This document shows, piece after piece, positions 49,567 through 62,274 of a stretch of 64,000 nt of DNA; positions within the stretch are counted from its first letter, which is position 1, and every line of letters starts with the position of its first letter. The position numbers were made by a program, and so were the translations under genes. The stretch is from Folioceros fuciformis. Lineage: Eukaryota. The stretch lies in NCBI GenBank assembly GCA_049999805.1, contig JBNGIO010006230.1, forward strand, positions 67,494 through 131,493. The letters run 5' to 3'. Under the pieces are notes generated by a model. The model saw nothing but the letters and a program-made list of their open reading frames with translations. It was not told the DNA's origin and searched no databases.

Positions 49567-50908
49567 CTATGACGACAGGTTCCGTGCTCCTCTCTTTTTT
49601 TCACGCCTATCTTTCTTCTTATTCATTTGTGACTTCAACCAAGCCGTTCCCACACCGTCTTCTTCCTCTTCGAAGGGAAGTTTCCAGTCCTCCTTGTGTT
49701 CCGTAACGGTATTCAGCTCCCCAGGATCAGCATCCCTCGAACTCCCCACAGACAACATGTCACTCCTCCCACGCCCCTTTTTCCGCTTCCTCGAATCTCT
49801 GAGTGTCGATTGAGAACTCTGCCAACGCAAAGTGGCATCGGTTTGGAGGGAACCCGTCCTAGATTGTTTTTTTTTGCTTCCACGACTCCGAGCTGCCTGA
49901 CTCTTGGCTTCCTGACTCTCGAGCACTGCAAGAAAGCGCACGCAACTTGGATTGGACAACCTATCGGAATCGGGAAAGTAACTTCCGAACTCCCTCACTC
50001 TCGTGCACCTCCCTTACCAGAGACACCAGCCTCACTTTCTTCAAGGCCTGTCACAGTGCTTGCATCGCCAGCCACCTCCACCTCCGGAGAGACATGGGTT
50101 ACCCGCCCTCCAGATGACTCAGGGGACTTTTCATCCACATCAGACAGTGGAAGAGATTCAGCGAACTCCGTCTTCGCGGGTCCCGAGAGAGCAGATTCAG
50201 GTTCCTCTCTTTCATCATCATCTAGTTTTGAATCCTCAGAGGAAAATCTCTTTCCCAACTTTTTCCTCATATCTTTCGTGGACCCGGCCTTCTTCTTCTT
50301 CTTCCGAGATTTCTTCTTCTGAGTCCTGGCCTCGGATCGCAACCCATCTCCACGGCTTTGCTCTCGGTTGCGCAGCGGCTTGGATTGGGACTTCCAAGCC
50401 TCCATCTCTTTCGACACCATGGCGTCCCGGACATCGCCATAGTCAGGATCGAAAGCAGAATGAGAGACAGACTCGGCGACAGCACTCGAATCCACCTTCC
50501 CGTCACCGGACAACCCAAAAACCTTGACGACTCGATCCACAGGGATTTTGACGGACTTCTCACCCTCAGGGACGCTGTGAAGGGTCCGGAACAGTCCCAC
50601 TATCAAACCCACAGTGAGGAACCATCCAAAAACGGGAAGCGCAGTCTCGGAGTAAAAGGTCTGCGAGACCAGGTTCTCCCACCTCCAGGGTCGCAACCTT
50701 TTCTGCCATGTGCGCAACTGCCAGATGGGATTCCCTTCCTTCATCTGCACTCTTGCTCCCGCAGAAGGGATGACGGATTGTGCTAGCGCCTTCTGCGTGA
50801 CGGGGGGATAGACCACGTTCTAGGATGTAGAGGACAGCGTTGCGGCGGAGAAGGTTCCCAGGGTTAGAGGGAGTGGACAACCAGCCAAGATGGCAGAGAC
50901 CTCCATGC
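49567..50908 (-). CDS. Hypothetical single-TM, Lys/Ser/Glu-rich protein (one likely intron about 49925-50010); 5' part interrupted by an in-frame TAG
   Basis: ORF 49995-50816 with hydrophobic segment LPVFGWFLTVGLIVGLF joins ORF 49567-49924 via a GT-AG intron. Confidence 0.5.
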
Positions 50909-51271
50909 GAATTGACGCGCTCTTCCAAGGAGAACCCCTGGCGACAGATGTGAACCAACTCCCCGGAGACGAGGCGCGTACCTGTAGACTGTCACTTTCG
51001 TCATTACATGCACATGCTGCTGCAGAGGACGTACACGCTGAGTGAGAGGGGAAATAAGGCACCAACCCTTTGGGCCTCTGGTACGGCCACCGACCAGTGT
51101 GTTTAGCCTTGAAACTGGTTGTCACGCATCAAATAAGCTGAAGCTTTATGTCTTTGGAGCAAAAATACAACCTCAAACTATCTACAGGCTTAAGCCTTCT
51201 CCTTCTTCAGCTTCGACCGTCTTCTTCTCAGCTCCGACCACCTTCTTCTTCAGCTCCGACCCTCTTCGTCT

Positions 51272-52135
51272 TCAGCTCCGACCTTCTACTTCAGCTTCGA
51301 CCTTCTTCTTCGGCTTCGACCTTCGTCTTCGGCTTCCACCTTCTTTTGCAGGTGCGTCCTTCTTCTTCAGCTTCGACAACTCGCGCTTGATAATACTGGC
51401 CCTCTGCAAACAGCCACAAACGAGCCATCGGGACACGTACGACTGGCAACTGGGCTTGATCCGTCTATCGGATGTTCAACGAGACGCACCTTGACCCGCG
51501 CTACCATGACTTTGTAACGATCAAAATCGTTCAGTGCAGCTCGCTTCTTCCTAACAAGAAGCTTTCGTCCCCACGAACTAGTCTCCCACTTCTCCGCCAC
51601 ATCTGCTCGATGAAGCGCACATCACAAAGTGAGGTACACAGCAGAGTCGAACCTGGCCCAAAAAAAAAAGAAAAAGCGTTGGAGTACTGAGGATGATGAC
51701 GCCCTACTTCCTGTAACAATGGCCTCCTTCAGCGTCTTCTTGTTGGGGTTCCGAGGGATCTCAATCTTGATATCTGTCAAAGACAACCTCTTGAAGTTGA
51801 TCTGTGTCCTCACAATGTCGGGCGCATCAATCAAGGCCTGCGCCAAACACCACGGATGCTGCCACTTCAGGTCGCTTGCAATCTATGGTTAGAATTTTGA
51901 AGGCCACAAATTCATGTTCTTCTCAGTCCCGAGATGACTCAGCAAGGTTGCGTACCCGGTTTTGGTCGAGCACGTCGACAATCACCACCAGTTTCCCATA
52001 CTGCGGCCCGTAGTTGACTAGGGCAACCCTCCCAATCTCCACATACCGTCTGAAAGGCTGCACGCACAACGACAAGAATTCTCGTCAACCGTAGGCAGCA
52101 GCGCAATCCAAGGCCTGCGTATGAAGGCTCACCAT
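51272..52135 (-). CDS. RPL14: 60S ribosomal protein L14 (eL14), 5 exons, first exon is ATG only
   Basis: [57 protein letters not shown]...[11 protein letters not shown]...[29 protein letters not shown]; telo-box-like accctaccctaaa upstream (about 52215-52227). Confidence 0.97.
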
Positions 52136-53768
52136 GACTGCGAAGCTGGAGGAACGCGGCGAAGGACTCGGAGGATCCAAACGAAGAGGAGCTTGCTAGT
52201 GCCGGCTGTTCAGCTTTAGGGTAGGGTATCGTTTAGGTTGTCAGTCCCGGTAGCTGCAATACATATAACCTATTTAGGTCACCCGGGATTTGTTTAATTT
52301 TGGCTGTAGTTAGGTGCTGAATGCGTGGTATATACGTATTGAGATGTGTAGATTGTTCTGGGCTGCGTCTGTGTGTGGATTGTATCCATGCCCGTAGCCC
52401 GGCACAAGTCTGCTTTGATTTGAGCCGCACACCATGTGGCCAGAGGCAGATTTGGGCTGCCTGGCTCAAAATCAAGGGAGGTGACTTGTTGTCTTCTGGA
52501 CTATCATTACGAAGTATTCATGGTTGTGGCTTGGTGTAATGATGATTTCGTGAACCTTGGTTCGCACTCTCAGGAGTATCACATCGTCCTGCCACAGCAG
52601 AGATTTCAGTCGTTGCTGAGGCTCATGGGATGCACGAACTGTGTGCGGGGTGGACAGCACATCAGCGATGGAAACAAAATCACCTCAGGATTGGCAATCT
52701 TGGTCAGATCTCTAGACTGAAGTGCCAGCGGCGTCATGTATGAAGCAAACTGCTGACATCAAAGATAGTCAGACCAGGTTGTGTGGATACGAAGGGTTGC
52801 AACGTTGCCCAACGGGACTAACCTGCATAGTAGTTGCAGTGTCCATCGTGCTTTTGAGTGGGATGCCAATGCTGTTTGCTATGATAGTCCCGATTATTCC
52901 TTTGTGAGAACCTATTCTCTTGATGGTCTCTTCAACTTCGTACTGGACAAGATGTACCCTGCGATTAGTTCTTACTGGACTAGCCAGAGGTGGGAGTACA
53001 GCTTATGGCTGCTCAATTTTCTTTCAAAGCAGGGCGGATGTCCATTTCAGTGACTGGGATAGGTTCTTACCTTAGCGTCGGCCAATTGCTTCTTCCGGGC
53101 CTTCTCTTCCTCCAATTCCCTCAACAATGCCTCCCTTTCCTCCATTCTTTAGAGCATACCATGCCAGCCGATTATGAATGAAGGTCACACACTACACATT
53201 TGCTCGGTGTGCTGCTACGTACGGAGGTAGCTGGAATTATGTTACCTTGGCTACGCTGCTCTATCCGTTTTGCTGGATTCTCTCGGCCTTCTATGCCAAA
53301 TGGTCTGATTAGCTCAGGACGCTGCTGCCTGAGATTGGGAGTGGCCAGGAGGAGGAGCAGCAGGTAGTAATCGATGAATCGACTCTTCGCGCAGTCGCTG
53401 CGTCTCATTTTTGTTCCCGCCAAGAAGAGGAAGTGGTAGAAGCTCTCTCACTGCTTGGAGAAAGTCTTGTCTCTGCTTTTGGGTGGGGCTTGTGATGTTT
53501 TCCCAAATATGGCAGGACGGGATTGCGATCTCCAAGAGCCGCAGGATTCTCGTATCGAGCGCTGTAGCGGAGCAGAAATTACCGGTGTGAAAGGGAAGGC
53601 GATTTCCGTCCCCGCTGTTCCCGGGGTGCTACGCAACACGGTCCGTTGCTCGTACGTGACAACTCCCGCTTTGCGTGCTGTTTGAATGTTGTTTGGACTT
53701 CTTGGAAAGCACACTCTCCATCACACACACGCCAAAAGGAGAAGGTCGGGTCGGGCATTTGAGAAACG

Positions 53769-55045
53769 ATGGATGCAGACGAAGAGGCCCTGCACGCCCT
53801 CCAGCGTCGGCAGGAAAGGATTCTGGACGACATTGGCCGCTTTGCTGCCAGCGTAGGCTGCGAGGAACTTTCACCAGAGCTACTGCAGCTTGAGGTGCGC
53901 CAGGCTCTGCTCTCAGAGGGCATTGGGTCGACTTGGGGCAAGATTGGTGTCCCATCCGATGACCCTGCGTGGGACAAGCAAGGGCGGATATTTGAGGAGA
54001 GATTAGCTGCCGAGCAACGGGACACAGAGGGAACCCTGTCGCAGAAAGGTGTGGTTATTGCTGAAGAGCCTGAGACCACACCTAAGCTTTCAGGAGGACA
54101 GCCGGACAGCTTGGATGGCAGTGAATCGAACACTAGGGTTTTAGATGACACAGTTGAACATTTAGCTGCGGTTACCATCTCACCTGACCATCTGGGAACG
54201 CCGGACGGGCCTGGTGTGGAGGTCCAGCTGAGGAAAATTTTGGGGGCAGGAGGCGTCACTGACTTCCGGTTTGTGAGAGTACCGGAGGATTACTACAGTA
54301 GATCCTTCCAAGAGCGACGGGACTTGCTAGGAGCAGCATCCATTTTTCACCTGTGCAAGAGTATCGTCATGGTTCCTCTCCTTCAACCGTGGACCTTGTG
54401 TGCTACATATGTACTTGTGCTCTCTTCAGAAAACAGCAGCCTGCTGGTGTCTCGTAATGTTTGGTGTCCTCGTCGTGGAATGCGCAGATAAATACCCAGG
54501 GCCATATTCGAGATTGCAGTGTTCCTAGGAACTCCAAGTTCTACCTGATTGTGGTGCAGTACTGCGCCCGCCTGAACGCGGAGAAATTGAGGCATTTTAT
54601 TTACTCCCTGAACAATGGGGAAATACCCAAGAAAAGATTCAACTGTGAGTGCGCATGTGGCACATGGAGTACGGGGTCAGCGTGCTGATGTACGTTTCCT
54701 GGGGGTTGGAGTGACAACTGTTTTATGTGTTGTGCAGTTAGGCTGGCATCTGAACAAGACTCTCTGCTCCTGACGGGATATGGGCACAACGCCGTCACAC
54801 CAATTGGAATGAACACTAGAATTCCGGTATAATTGGGTTTCTCCTGTTCCCTGGAATATGAGTAGTGGGAATGGGCACTCATGTCATTTTTGGCTCGTCT
54901 CGTTCAGGTGATTCTATCAGATGCGATACTTAAGCTCAAGCCAGACTTTTTCTGGCTGGGTGGCGGGGAAGTGGACCTCAAACTTGGTATCAGAACCGGT
55001 GAATTCGTTAACTTACTGCAACCGTTTGTTGCAGATTGCACATGA
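53769..55045 (+). CDS. YbaK/aminoacyl-tRNA synthetase-associated (tRNA-editing) domain protein, 4 exons
   Basis: FRFVRVPEDYY...RRDLLGAASIFHLCKSIVM-INTQ...NSKFYLIVVQYCARLNAE...GYGHNAVTPIGM...FFWLGGGEVDLKLG. Confidence 0.9.
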
Positions 55046-55166
55046 TTCCAATAATTGTTCAAGTTAGTGCAGCCCTTCTAGAACACAAATACAAAGGGTC
55101 TAGAAATAAATGAGGTTCTTCAGCTTTCAATGATCTGCCAAATTGAATAAGCCGGTCCCGACTGCA

Positions 55167-58100
55167 TCACATACCTTCGCTGGAGCATGTGCTAAGAGTG
55201 AGATTGGATTCCAACTTGACCTGTCCAGAGCCATCTCTTACTTGTAGGCTTATAATGGGGTCCCTCTCTTCCCAGTGTACCTACAAGAGCACAACGGTGC
55301 CTCCTGTGACTAACATGCTCGAATTCTTAGAGGTACAAAAATCATGCCTTCGAGTAGTCATGGCATTCACATGAAAGAGCCACCGCACCTGGACCATTCC
55401 AAAGGATGGGCCGCGTACAAATTCACATTCTTCATGGTCGCGCAACTTGACCGAGTCTCGCCTCCGTACTGCACAAGCAGCAAACTCCTATTAACTTCTA
55501 AACGCATGTAACTGACCTGCAGGTGATTAAAAGAGCTCCAAAATGAACTCCATACCATCACATGTCCAGTTCCTGCCTGTACTTGTGGTTAGCCCACTAG
55601 CCATAACCTGCCACAAAGAATATCAGTGCCCGAGAAACTGTCATATGCCGGATTCCATTGCATCTTGGCCTATGTGCCTCCCTGTGCATGCGAAAATTTT
55701 CCTAAGCTTACCTGATAAAGTGGGTAAGACGCATCTATCCCCTTATAGTAAGGAGAATATGCATGTTCACCCGGCCTCAGCACCTGTTCAGTCAAGATAC
55801 ACGAACAATAAGCGCAGCTGAGGAATTACGTTGCTGAAGCACACTTGTGTACCAGCGTCCTACCTTGATATCTGAGTAATGAAAATCTCCGGTAAGTACG
55901 GCTACACATCCACTTGTTCTAGTCAGTAAGTGCAAAAGTTGTAATTGCGCAGGCTTGTAACACTCCCAGTCATCACTGGAGCAGCGGCACTCAACTCCAG
56001 TCTTCCCTTCTTCATCCAGATCTCCACAGACCTGGCTCAACCCTTTCATTATCAGACTCATCCTGTAGAGCTCCAGATCGTTTGCCAAGACAAAAACACA
56101 TGGATACTACCTTCTTATCGGGATTCCCAATGAGAACTGAGCTCGACACAATCAACTTGATGGCAGCATTGGACTCCTCCAGGGCACCCTCTAGCCACAA
56201 TCGTTGCTCTCGGCCTAGAACCTGCTTGCATGTCACCCGATCTTTCAATTAATGAGCCAATGCTCTCCACATGCGAGACCTGATAGTTTGACAAATACTC
56301 CTCACAAACCTCACAGAATGGAGACTCCACGCGTCCATCCACGAGCTCTGCACCTGTCGCCTCCCTTAGCTGACCATCAGGATCCACAGCAAGAGGACGG
56401 GTACCAAAGTCGGTAGAAGTTGGATCACAAGCTTCTGCCCACATTGGACTGCCCTTGTTGTTTTCCTGCATACACCACCCTTGCAATTCATTCAAACACC
56501 TCAGGACAGATGCAGCAGAATTGGAAGCATTGGAACATACATCCTGCCCATGCAAAAGCAGAAGTCCAGAAGCAAAAGGCTGGCGGAAGTCGATTACCAT
56601 AGAAAATTTTATCATCCTTGTCGCAGCAAGAGCCAGTGCCTAAATCCCCTGCATGTAGAAAATCCAAACACCTGCGATGCTAATCGTCTGTCAGTTCGGA
56701 TGTTGTAGACTTCAATCCTATGGTAATCAAAACCAGTAAGCTGCGAGGGTTAAGATCAGCACTGAATACGGACCAGGCATACTTGGGACTGGCAACATTT
56801 GTTAAAACAAGCTTTTCACAATAATCTCGCCGCATGTGGCACGGAAGAGGATCACGGTTGTAGCGCTCATCCAGCAGAAAGATGTCGATCTCACGCCCTC
56901 TTTTCCCCTCATTCAGTGTGTACTGTGGAAAAACAAGGAGAAGTAGTGAGACAAGGCGCAAGAGGATGTTCGCTCTCAGTGGGACAGAATCCAAGTACTG
57001 CACTAACTGCTTCTTCAGATGGCAGGAGATATAAAGTAAGAACCTTCCACTCAATACCACGCCCACTGTTGCGGCGGGCACTGCTTGCTGGCTCGCCAAC
57101 AGCATCCAAGAAAATATTCTTGATGCTGTCTTTGTGGGGCAGCCTCTTATTCCCATTGTTCCTGAGCTCAAGTAGAAGATATGTTACTTCAAGAAAGAGG
57201 ACGACAACTTTGTGAGGTTGATACTGAAGCCGTGCCCTTCACCCACCAGCTAAAATCATGATCATCATATGTCCCAAATATTCTCCTCGGACACACAGAG
57301 GGGTCAGGACCTGTAGGTGGATGCAGACCCTTTGACCGGTGTCCAGGACACATGAAAGCCAAGAACTGCATCACAAACGCACAACATTACCTACACATTG
57401 AGTTATGTCCTTCCAGAAACAATTCAGAAACGCAGCAGGTCGCTCTACCTCCCGATCACAACCTGGGGGGGCAGCAGGGGTTGTAATGCACGGGACTTAC
57501 CTGGGCGTAGTCAGGGTTGGCGAGCTGAGCTTGCACACGGCTCAAGGCATGGTCCATGTCACCTGTACCAGACGCAAAGTCGTACCCAAGTCAAGCATTG
57601 AGCATGGCGTAACGATACAATCTGCTGAGTCCCTTCTAGTAGAGAAGGCTCCAGGTTTCGGAACAAGAACCTGCCATGCAAGAATAAGGAGCTTGATGAA
57701 GCCAATCATTGGTGCAATCACATTCCTTGTGTCCTGATAGGGAATCACAATTCACTCGAGGCTCATCCATGTACGCCATATCTCCTAGCCTGCGAACGCA
57801 AAGCCAAAATTTTCTGGACTTTCCAACGAGCTACAATTCCAGGAAGAACTACCACGCGGACTGGCTGCAAACAAAGTAACCAACATCGCAGAAGCTAACC
57901 ATATCCATGCATCGGGTTCGCTGGGAATAACTCCATTAGTCCAAACCGGCTGTGGCTGGTAGTCATAGGCCGTACAGGACCCAAATGCTATCTTGGACAC
58001 CAACTTCGGCGGAACAGAATTGAAAATCTGGGAAACCTCCAGCCGCTCCAGAAGCGCAACACTCCAAATTGAGATGGCGGCCGAGCCGAGAGACAGGATA

Positions 58101-58377
58101 CCCATACACACCAAAAGCGCGGTCTTCCAGCGTATCTGCAGCCAATGAGCCGCCCCGTCCCGCAGCGTGCCAACCTGCCCCGACGTGAGCAGCATGAACC
58201 CAGCGGGAGTTGTGAATCAGCTTCGGTATCGTGCTTTAGAAATTTGCATCACCGCACCTTGCGTCTAATGCCTCGCCGCCGGCTTGTTCCCAGAGGCTCC
58301 TGAGAGTCGGCCCAGCTCTCCGGCTCCAGCAACTCCAAATCCTCCAAATCTGGCCCACCATTCCTCTTCCTGTCCAT
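55167..58377 (-). CDS. PhoD-type alkaline phosphatase/metallophosphoesterase with N-terminal membrane anchor, multi-exon
   Basis: KIAFGSC, WIWLGDMAYMD, GTYDDHDFSWNNG, FLLDERY, LGREQRLWL, LTGDFHYSDI and VMASGLT motifs. First exon MDRKRNGG... is inferred; alternative start at 58195. Confidence 0.9.
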
Positions 58378-58775
58378 CTCCACAGACCGGAAGTCCAAGA
58401 CGATTAACACGCTGCTCCACTATCGCCCGCTACTGCACCTTCCCACGGCCATGAACCACATTACAACATGCTCGGCATCTGCCTCGTGCAGCCTCTCTTC
58501 ACGACTACGTCACTCCACGTTTTCTTCCATAACACTTCCTCCACCTTGACGGGTTAGTACGAAGGAGCACAAGACTCAGAGGAGAACAGGACTCTTAAGA
58601 TTGCTTATATTTCATAATAAAACACTCACAGTCAATGATTGTAGGTCATGCACTGCCAGTTTCGGGTCCATGGCGGTACTAAGACAATGTTAAATAAGAT
58701 TAAGGCAAATAAGATTAAGGCGGTTCTCGGAACCGAGAGAAGAGTCGGGCTTAGAAACACAGGCAGGGGACACTT

Positions 58776-61289
58776 CTACTTCTTCCTCTTGGAGCGCCTC
58801 AGGAGTTTCTTGGACAAAGTTTTACTGATAGTTAGAACCGTAGGACCCATACAATCGGAGGGCTGGGAAGGTTTGAAAATGTCCTTGGGTCTGTTGGTGC
58901 ACCTCAGCTCGCTACTGCTAACAGGTCGAGTGAGCTCCTCCACGAGCAGAGGGTCTCGATTTCGTAGGCTCACTGGCGGGAACACTCTCAGCCAGTGACC
59001 AGCCTGATGGCCGCCTGCATCCGGCACCAGCTGCCTCTTGGCCAGGTAGAGGATCTCCATTGACAGCCTCTCGCCGAAGGACAAGTGGGTGTGCGCAGAA
59101 CCCAGGAAGTCTCCTTGCAGACTCCTCATCTGTTCCACGTAGTCCCATAGGCAGGCTACAAGCTGAGACAAGAACTGGGGTTCGTGAATCTGCCCGCCTT
59201 TAGGAAACTTCCTGAAGTAGGCTAGCACATGGAGGAGCATCCTGCGGGTAGGTGCATCGGGCACGGGGTTCTCCGCCAACTTGAGAAGCGCAGACATAAC
59301 AGTGGCCACACCCCGGTGACGGTTGCTGTGGCCGGAGTTGGAGTCCACCATCCCTGACTCTCTGTCGCTTCCAAACACCTCCCGGAAATGCTGGCCGCGG
59401 CGGTCCTTGACCGTCTGAGCGATTCCCTGTTTCACACCCTCGTCCGGAGCAAGCAGGTAGTCTTGGATCTCTTCCGGGTGGATGAACGCAGTCCCGCATG
59501 AACCACAACACACTACAGCAGGGCCCCGCATGTGGGCCGGTGAGAAGCATGGGACAATTTCCCTGTGCACGTCGTCCTCAATGCTGTGAACATGCTGGTG
59601 CCGCTGAGCCAAGAGCTTCTCCACCTCCTTCGCCTCCACTCCCCTTGGAAAGGCAAACGCGAGCCAAAGCAGAGGATGCTTCACAGCCAGGCGACGGATA
59701 AAGGCCTCGGTGCAGGGCGGCGAGTGAAGTTCTGTCAGAAAGCAGTACATCAACAGCGTCACCATCTCCAACGAAATCCGAGCAGACTCCAGGGACTTGA
59801 GCACAGAGTTGAAATTCTTTCCAAAGATGGTGGCAAGGAACTTAGAACCAGCCAGGGAGGAGATAACTCTTCCGGTCCCCTTCACCGGGAAGCCTTGAAC
59901 CTCAAACAGGTCAGCCTCCAGCAGTCGAAGGAGCAGTTCAACCTCATACCCACGGAGGCGCTGCCTGTCGGAGCACCATCTCCGGACACGGGAGACGATA
60001 GTTTTGAACAGCTCCCTGTTTACAACGTCGTTCACCGCTTGGGCCGATCCCACAGCGCCGTTCCTGATTCCCAACCGGCCCAGGCAAGAAATGGAGGTCA
60101 AGCTCTTGCTGCGGAGCGGAACAAGAAGGCCCTCCAAATCCGCAAATCCAGGCAACTCTCTCCCGACGGGTACGCCTGCGCCCTGGAAGACATCCGAAAT
60201 GGCGAGACACATGGGCTTGCCCCGCTTACCACGTCCTTCGAAGTTGGCCCGCAAGTGCGGGAAGAATTCCTTCTCCAGGAAATCCAGCGCCGGCGCTAGT
60301 GTTCTTCCCTCCTGGCGTGCGGTATCGAAGACAGCCAGGAGTGCCTGCCACTCTATGCCCAATCGTTTGCCTCCAAACAGCCAGCAGCTGGCGTTGGAGG
60401 CCAGCCGCGCCAAATTCACTCTGCTGAACTTCACTACAGGGAAGAAGGTGGCAACCTGCTGGCGAGTGTAGGGACAAAGAGCCCGCCCGGACACAAGGAA
60501 CGAGGCGCAGCAGATGCAAAGAGATGTCGCTGGGAGGAAACGTGCGTTGGAAGGTCCCATAGAGAAGGCATCGTTCAAAAACGAATCCTGGGTGTTCGTA
60601 GCAAGCTCTCCTGCAGGGATTTGGCAGGCCAGCAGCGCCTGAGCCCGTGTCTCAGCGCACAGGTCACAATCCACTTCGAACGCTCCCTGTAAGTCCCAGG
60701 CCTCCTCCTGACCAGACAAATGTTCCACGGATAATCTGGCTCTCTGTGCTCTGTTGGACCCCTTGGATCCGACAGATGTGCGTCTACTGTCCCATCGCGA
60801 TATCCAAGCTGCCAGTCCGTTGTAGCGGAAAGTCACAGGCCTGGTGGCCTCCAGCGTCGCCCGCCGCCGGGAGTCTTCGTGCTGAAATAATTGTTGGGTG
60901 ATTCCAGCTAGCTCCTTCTGCATTGGCGTTCGTAGCTGAACGTCCTGTTCCTGCAGCAAGAGCTGATACAGTTCATCGGCTCTACATCTCAGTTGCAGAA
61001 TTCCCTCATAAGCCTCCGACGAGCCCCTATCTACATCATCCTGAATTTTTTCTATGGCGCGCTTGTACCACACCGCAAGAGAATCTCTTAACCTCCTACA
61101 GCTAGCAGGGGTGGGAGGAACAACACCTCGTTCCACGAACCCCACATAGTTCTCTATCCCGTCTATATCAGGTAAGGCGCTCGTATCCTCCGCCGCCAAT
61201 TTAGACCTCAACACATCCGTCAATTGAGTCGGCTCCGAAGAATCCCTGTTGCGTAAATTTCCATCGACACTGATCAGCGGGGGCAGCAT
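58776..61289 (-). CDS. Uncharacterised 837-aa intronless protein with several CxxC/His motifs
   Basis: 2.5-kb uninterrupted ORF of ordinary globular composition with CDLC, CICCA..CPYTR, CCGSCG, RGQHF and HSNRH motifs; no plant family recognised. Confidence 0.8.
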   Translation of the reverse strand: MLPPLISVDGNLRNRDSSEPTQLTDVLRSKLAAEDTSALPDIDGIENYVGFVERGVVPPTPASCRRLRDSLAVWYKRAIEKIQDDVDRGSSEAYEGILQLRCRADELYQLLLQEQDVQLRTPMQKELAGITQQLFQHEDSRRRATLEATRPVTFRYNGLAAWISRWDSRRTSVGSKGSNRAQRARLSVEHLSGQEEAWDLQGAFEVDCDLCAETRAQALLACQIPAGELATNTQDSFLNDAFSMGPSNARFLPATSLCICCASFLVSGRALCPYTRQQVATFFPVVKFSRVNLARLASNASCWLFGGKRLGIEWQALLAVFDTARQEGRTLAPALDFLEKEFFPHLRANFEGRGKRGKPMCLAISDVFQGAGVPVGRELPGFADLEGLLVPLRSKSLTSISCLGRLGIRNGAVGSAQAVNDVVNRELFKTIVSRVRRWCSDRQRLRGYEVELLLRLLEADLFEVQGFPVKGTGRVISSLAGSKFLATIFGKNFNSVLKSLESARISLEMVTLLMYCFLTELHSPPCTEAFIRRLAVKHPLLWLAFAFPRGVEAKEVEKLLAQRHQHVHSIEDDVHREIVPCFSPAHMRGPAVVCCGSCGTAFIHPEEIQDYLLAPDEGVKQGIAQTVKDRRGQHFREVFGSDRESGMVDSNSGHSNRHRGVATVMSALLKLAENPVPDAPTRRMLLHVLAYFRKFPKGGQIHEPQFLSQLVACLWDYVEQMRSLQGDFLGSAHTHLSFGERLSMEILYLAKRQLVPDAGGHQAGHWLRVFPPVSLRNRDPLLVEELTRPVSSSELRCTNRPKDIFKPSQPSDCMGPTVLTISKTLSKKLLRRSKRKK

Positions 61290-62274
61290 TATTTTGGACA
61301 GGTTCCGATCAAGGAGCCAAGCCAGAAGATCCCTCCAAGAGAATTGACGAAGCGAGGATCAGGGAGGGCAGTATCCAGTAGAGAACCAGCACCTACTGCT
61401 TCATCAGGGGATGGATGGTGGTGCGGTCCCAGTGATACCTCCACAACCACCTCAAGACACAGTACATAAATGAAGCATCTACGAGCAGATTCAAATCTGC
61501 TGGCCCTCTCCCAACGCCGCCCGTAAACGGACAAAGCATTTGACCAAGCCTGATTAAGTCACAGATGCCTCTAACGATTCACCTTCCTGTCCGTGGGGAC
61601 AACAGAAGTCTTACACGCAATAATAACACGAAACATGCGAGCGAGAGGGGAGAAGTACCAACCGGCGCCGCGCCATACCCTCCCCACAGTTCCAAGGCGG
61701 ACCACACCATCTCCAGCCCAACGTAGTCTAGCACGTTGGCGATCTGGTGAGTATGGATCCGACGTCGTCTGTCTGTAGCCTCGTCCCACCCTCCGAAACC
61801 AAGGCAGACTCATGCTTCTCAGAATTGGTCTTGTGAAGTGCAAATTCCGAACCAATAGTTACAGCCAAAACAAAAGCCACCAGTATCCATTGACGCCGTA
61901 ACCGATGTCGATCCGTCATCATCGTCCACTCACACACTACTACCTGCAGACAGGCTCCAAAGGCGTAAGGATCCCAACCGTCTCCATTGCAGGTCAGTCT
62001 TCCCACAAGCACAGAATCATGGATACAAAAAAAGGAAGCGGTCGGCTGCATATCAAGTAGGGTATGTGGGGGATTCCGACACGGGCAACCATGGAGGAAC
62101 AGAGCAGGAAATAACCTTTGCCGGTGACAAAAACCCATGGCCGGTGGGTCAACAAAACCTTGGTTGTCATCACCCCCAACATCACCGAAACATAACCATT
62201 GCGTCGCAATAGAATCAATTACCCAAAAGCAAAGGATGGACCCCAGCCAGTCCCTCCACTAGAAAAACGCCCCT

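Noticed and set aside
52539-52619. C/D-box snoRNA-like atgatga...ctga
   Set aside because: No terminal stem and no convincing rRNA-complementary guide.
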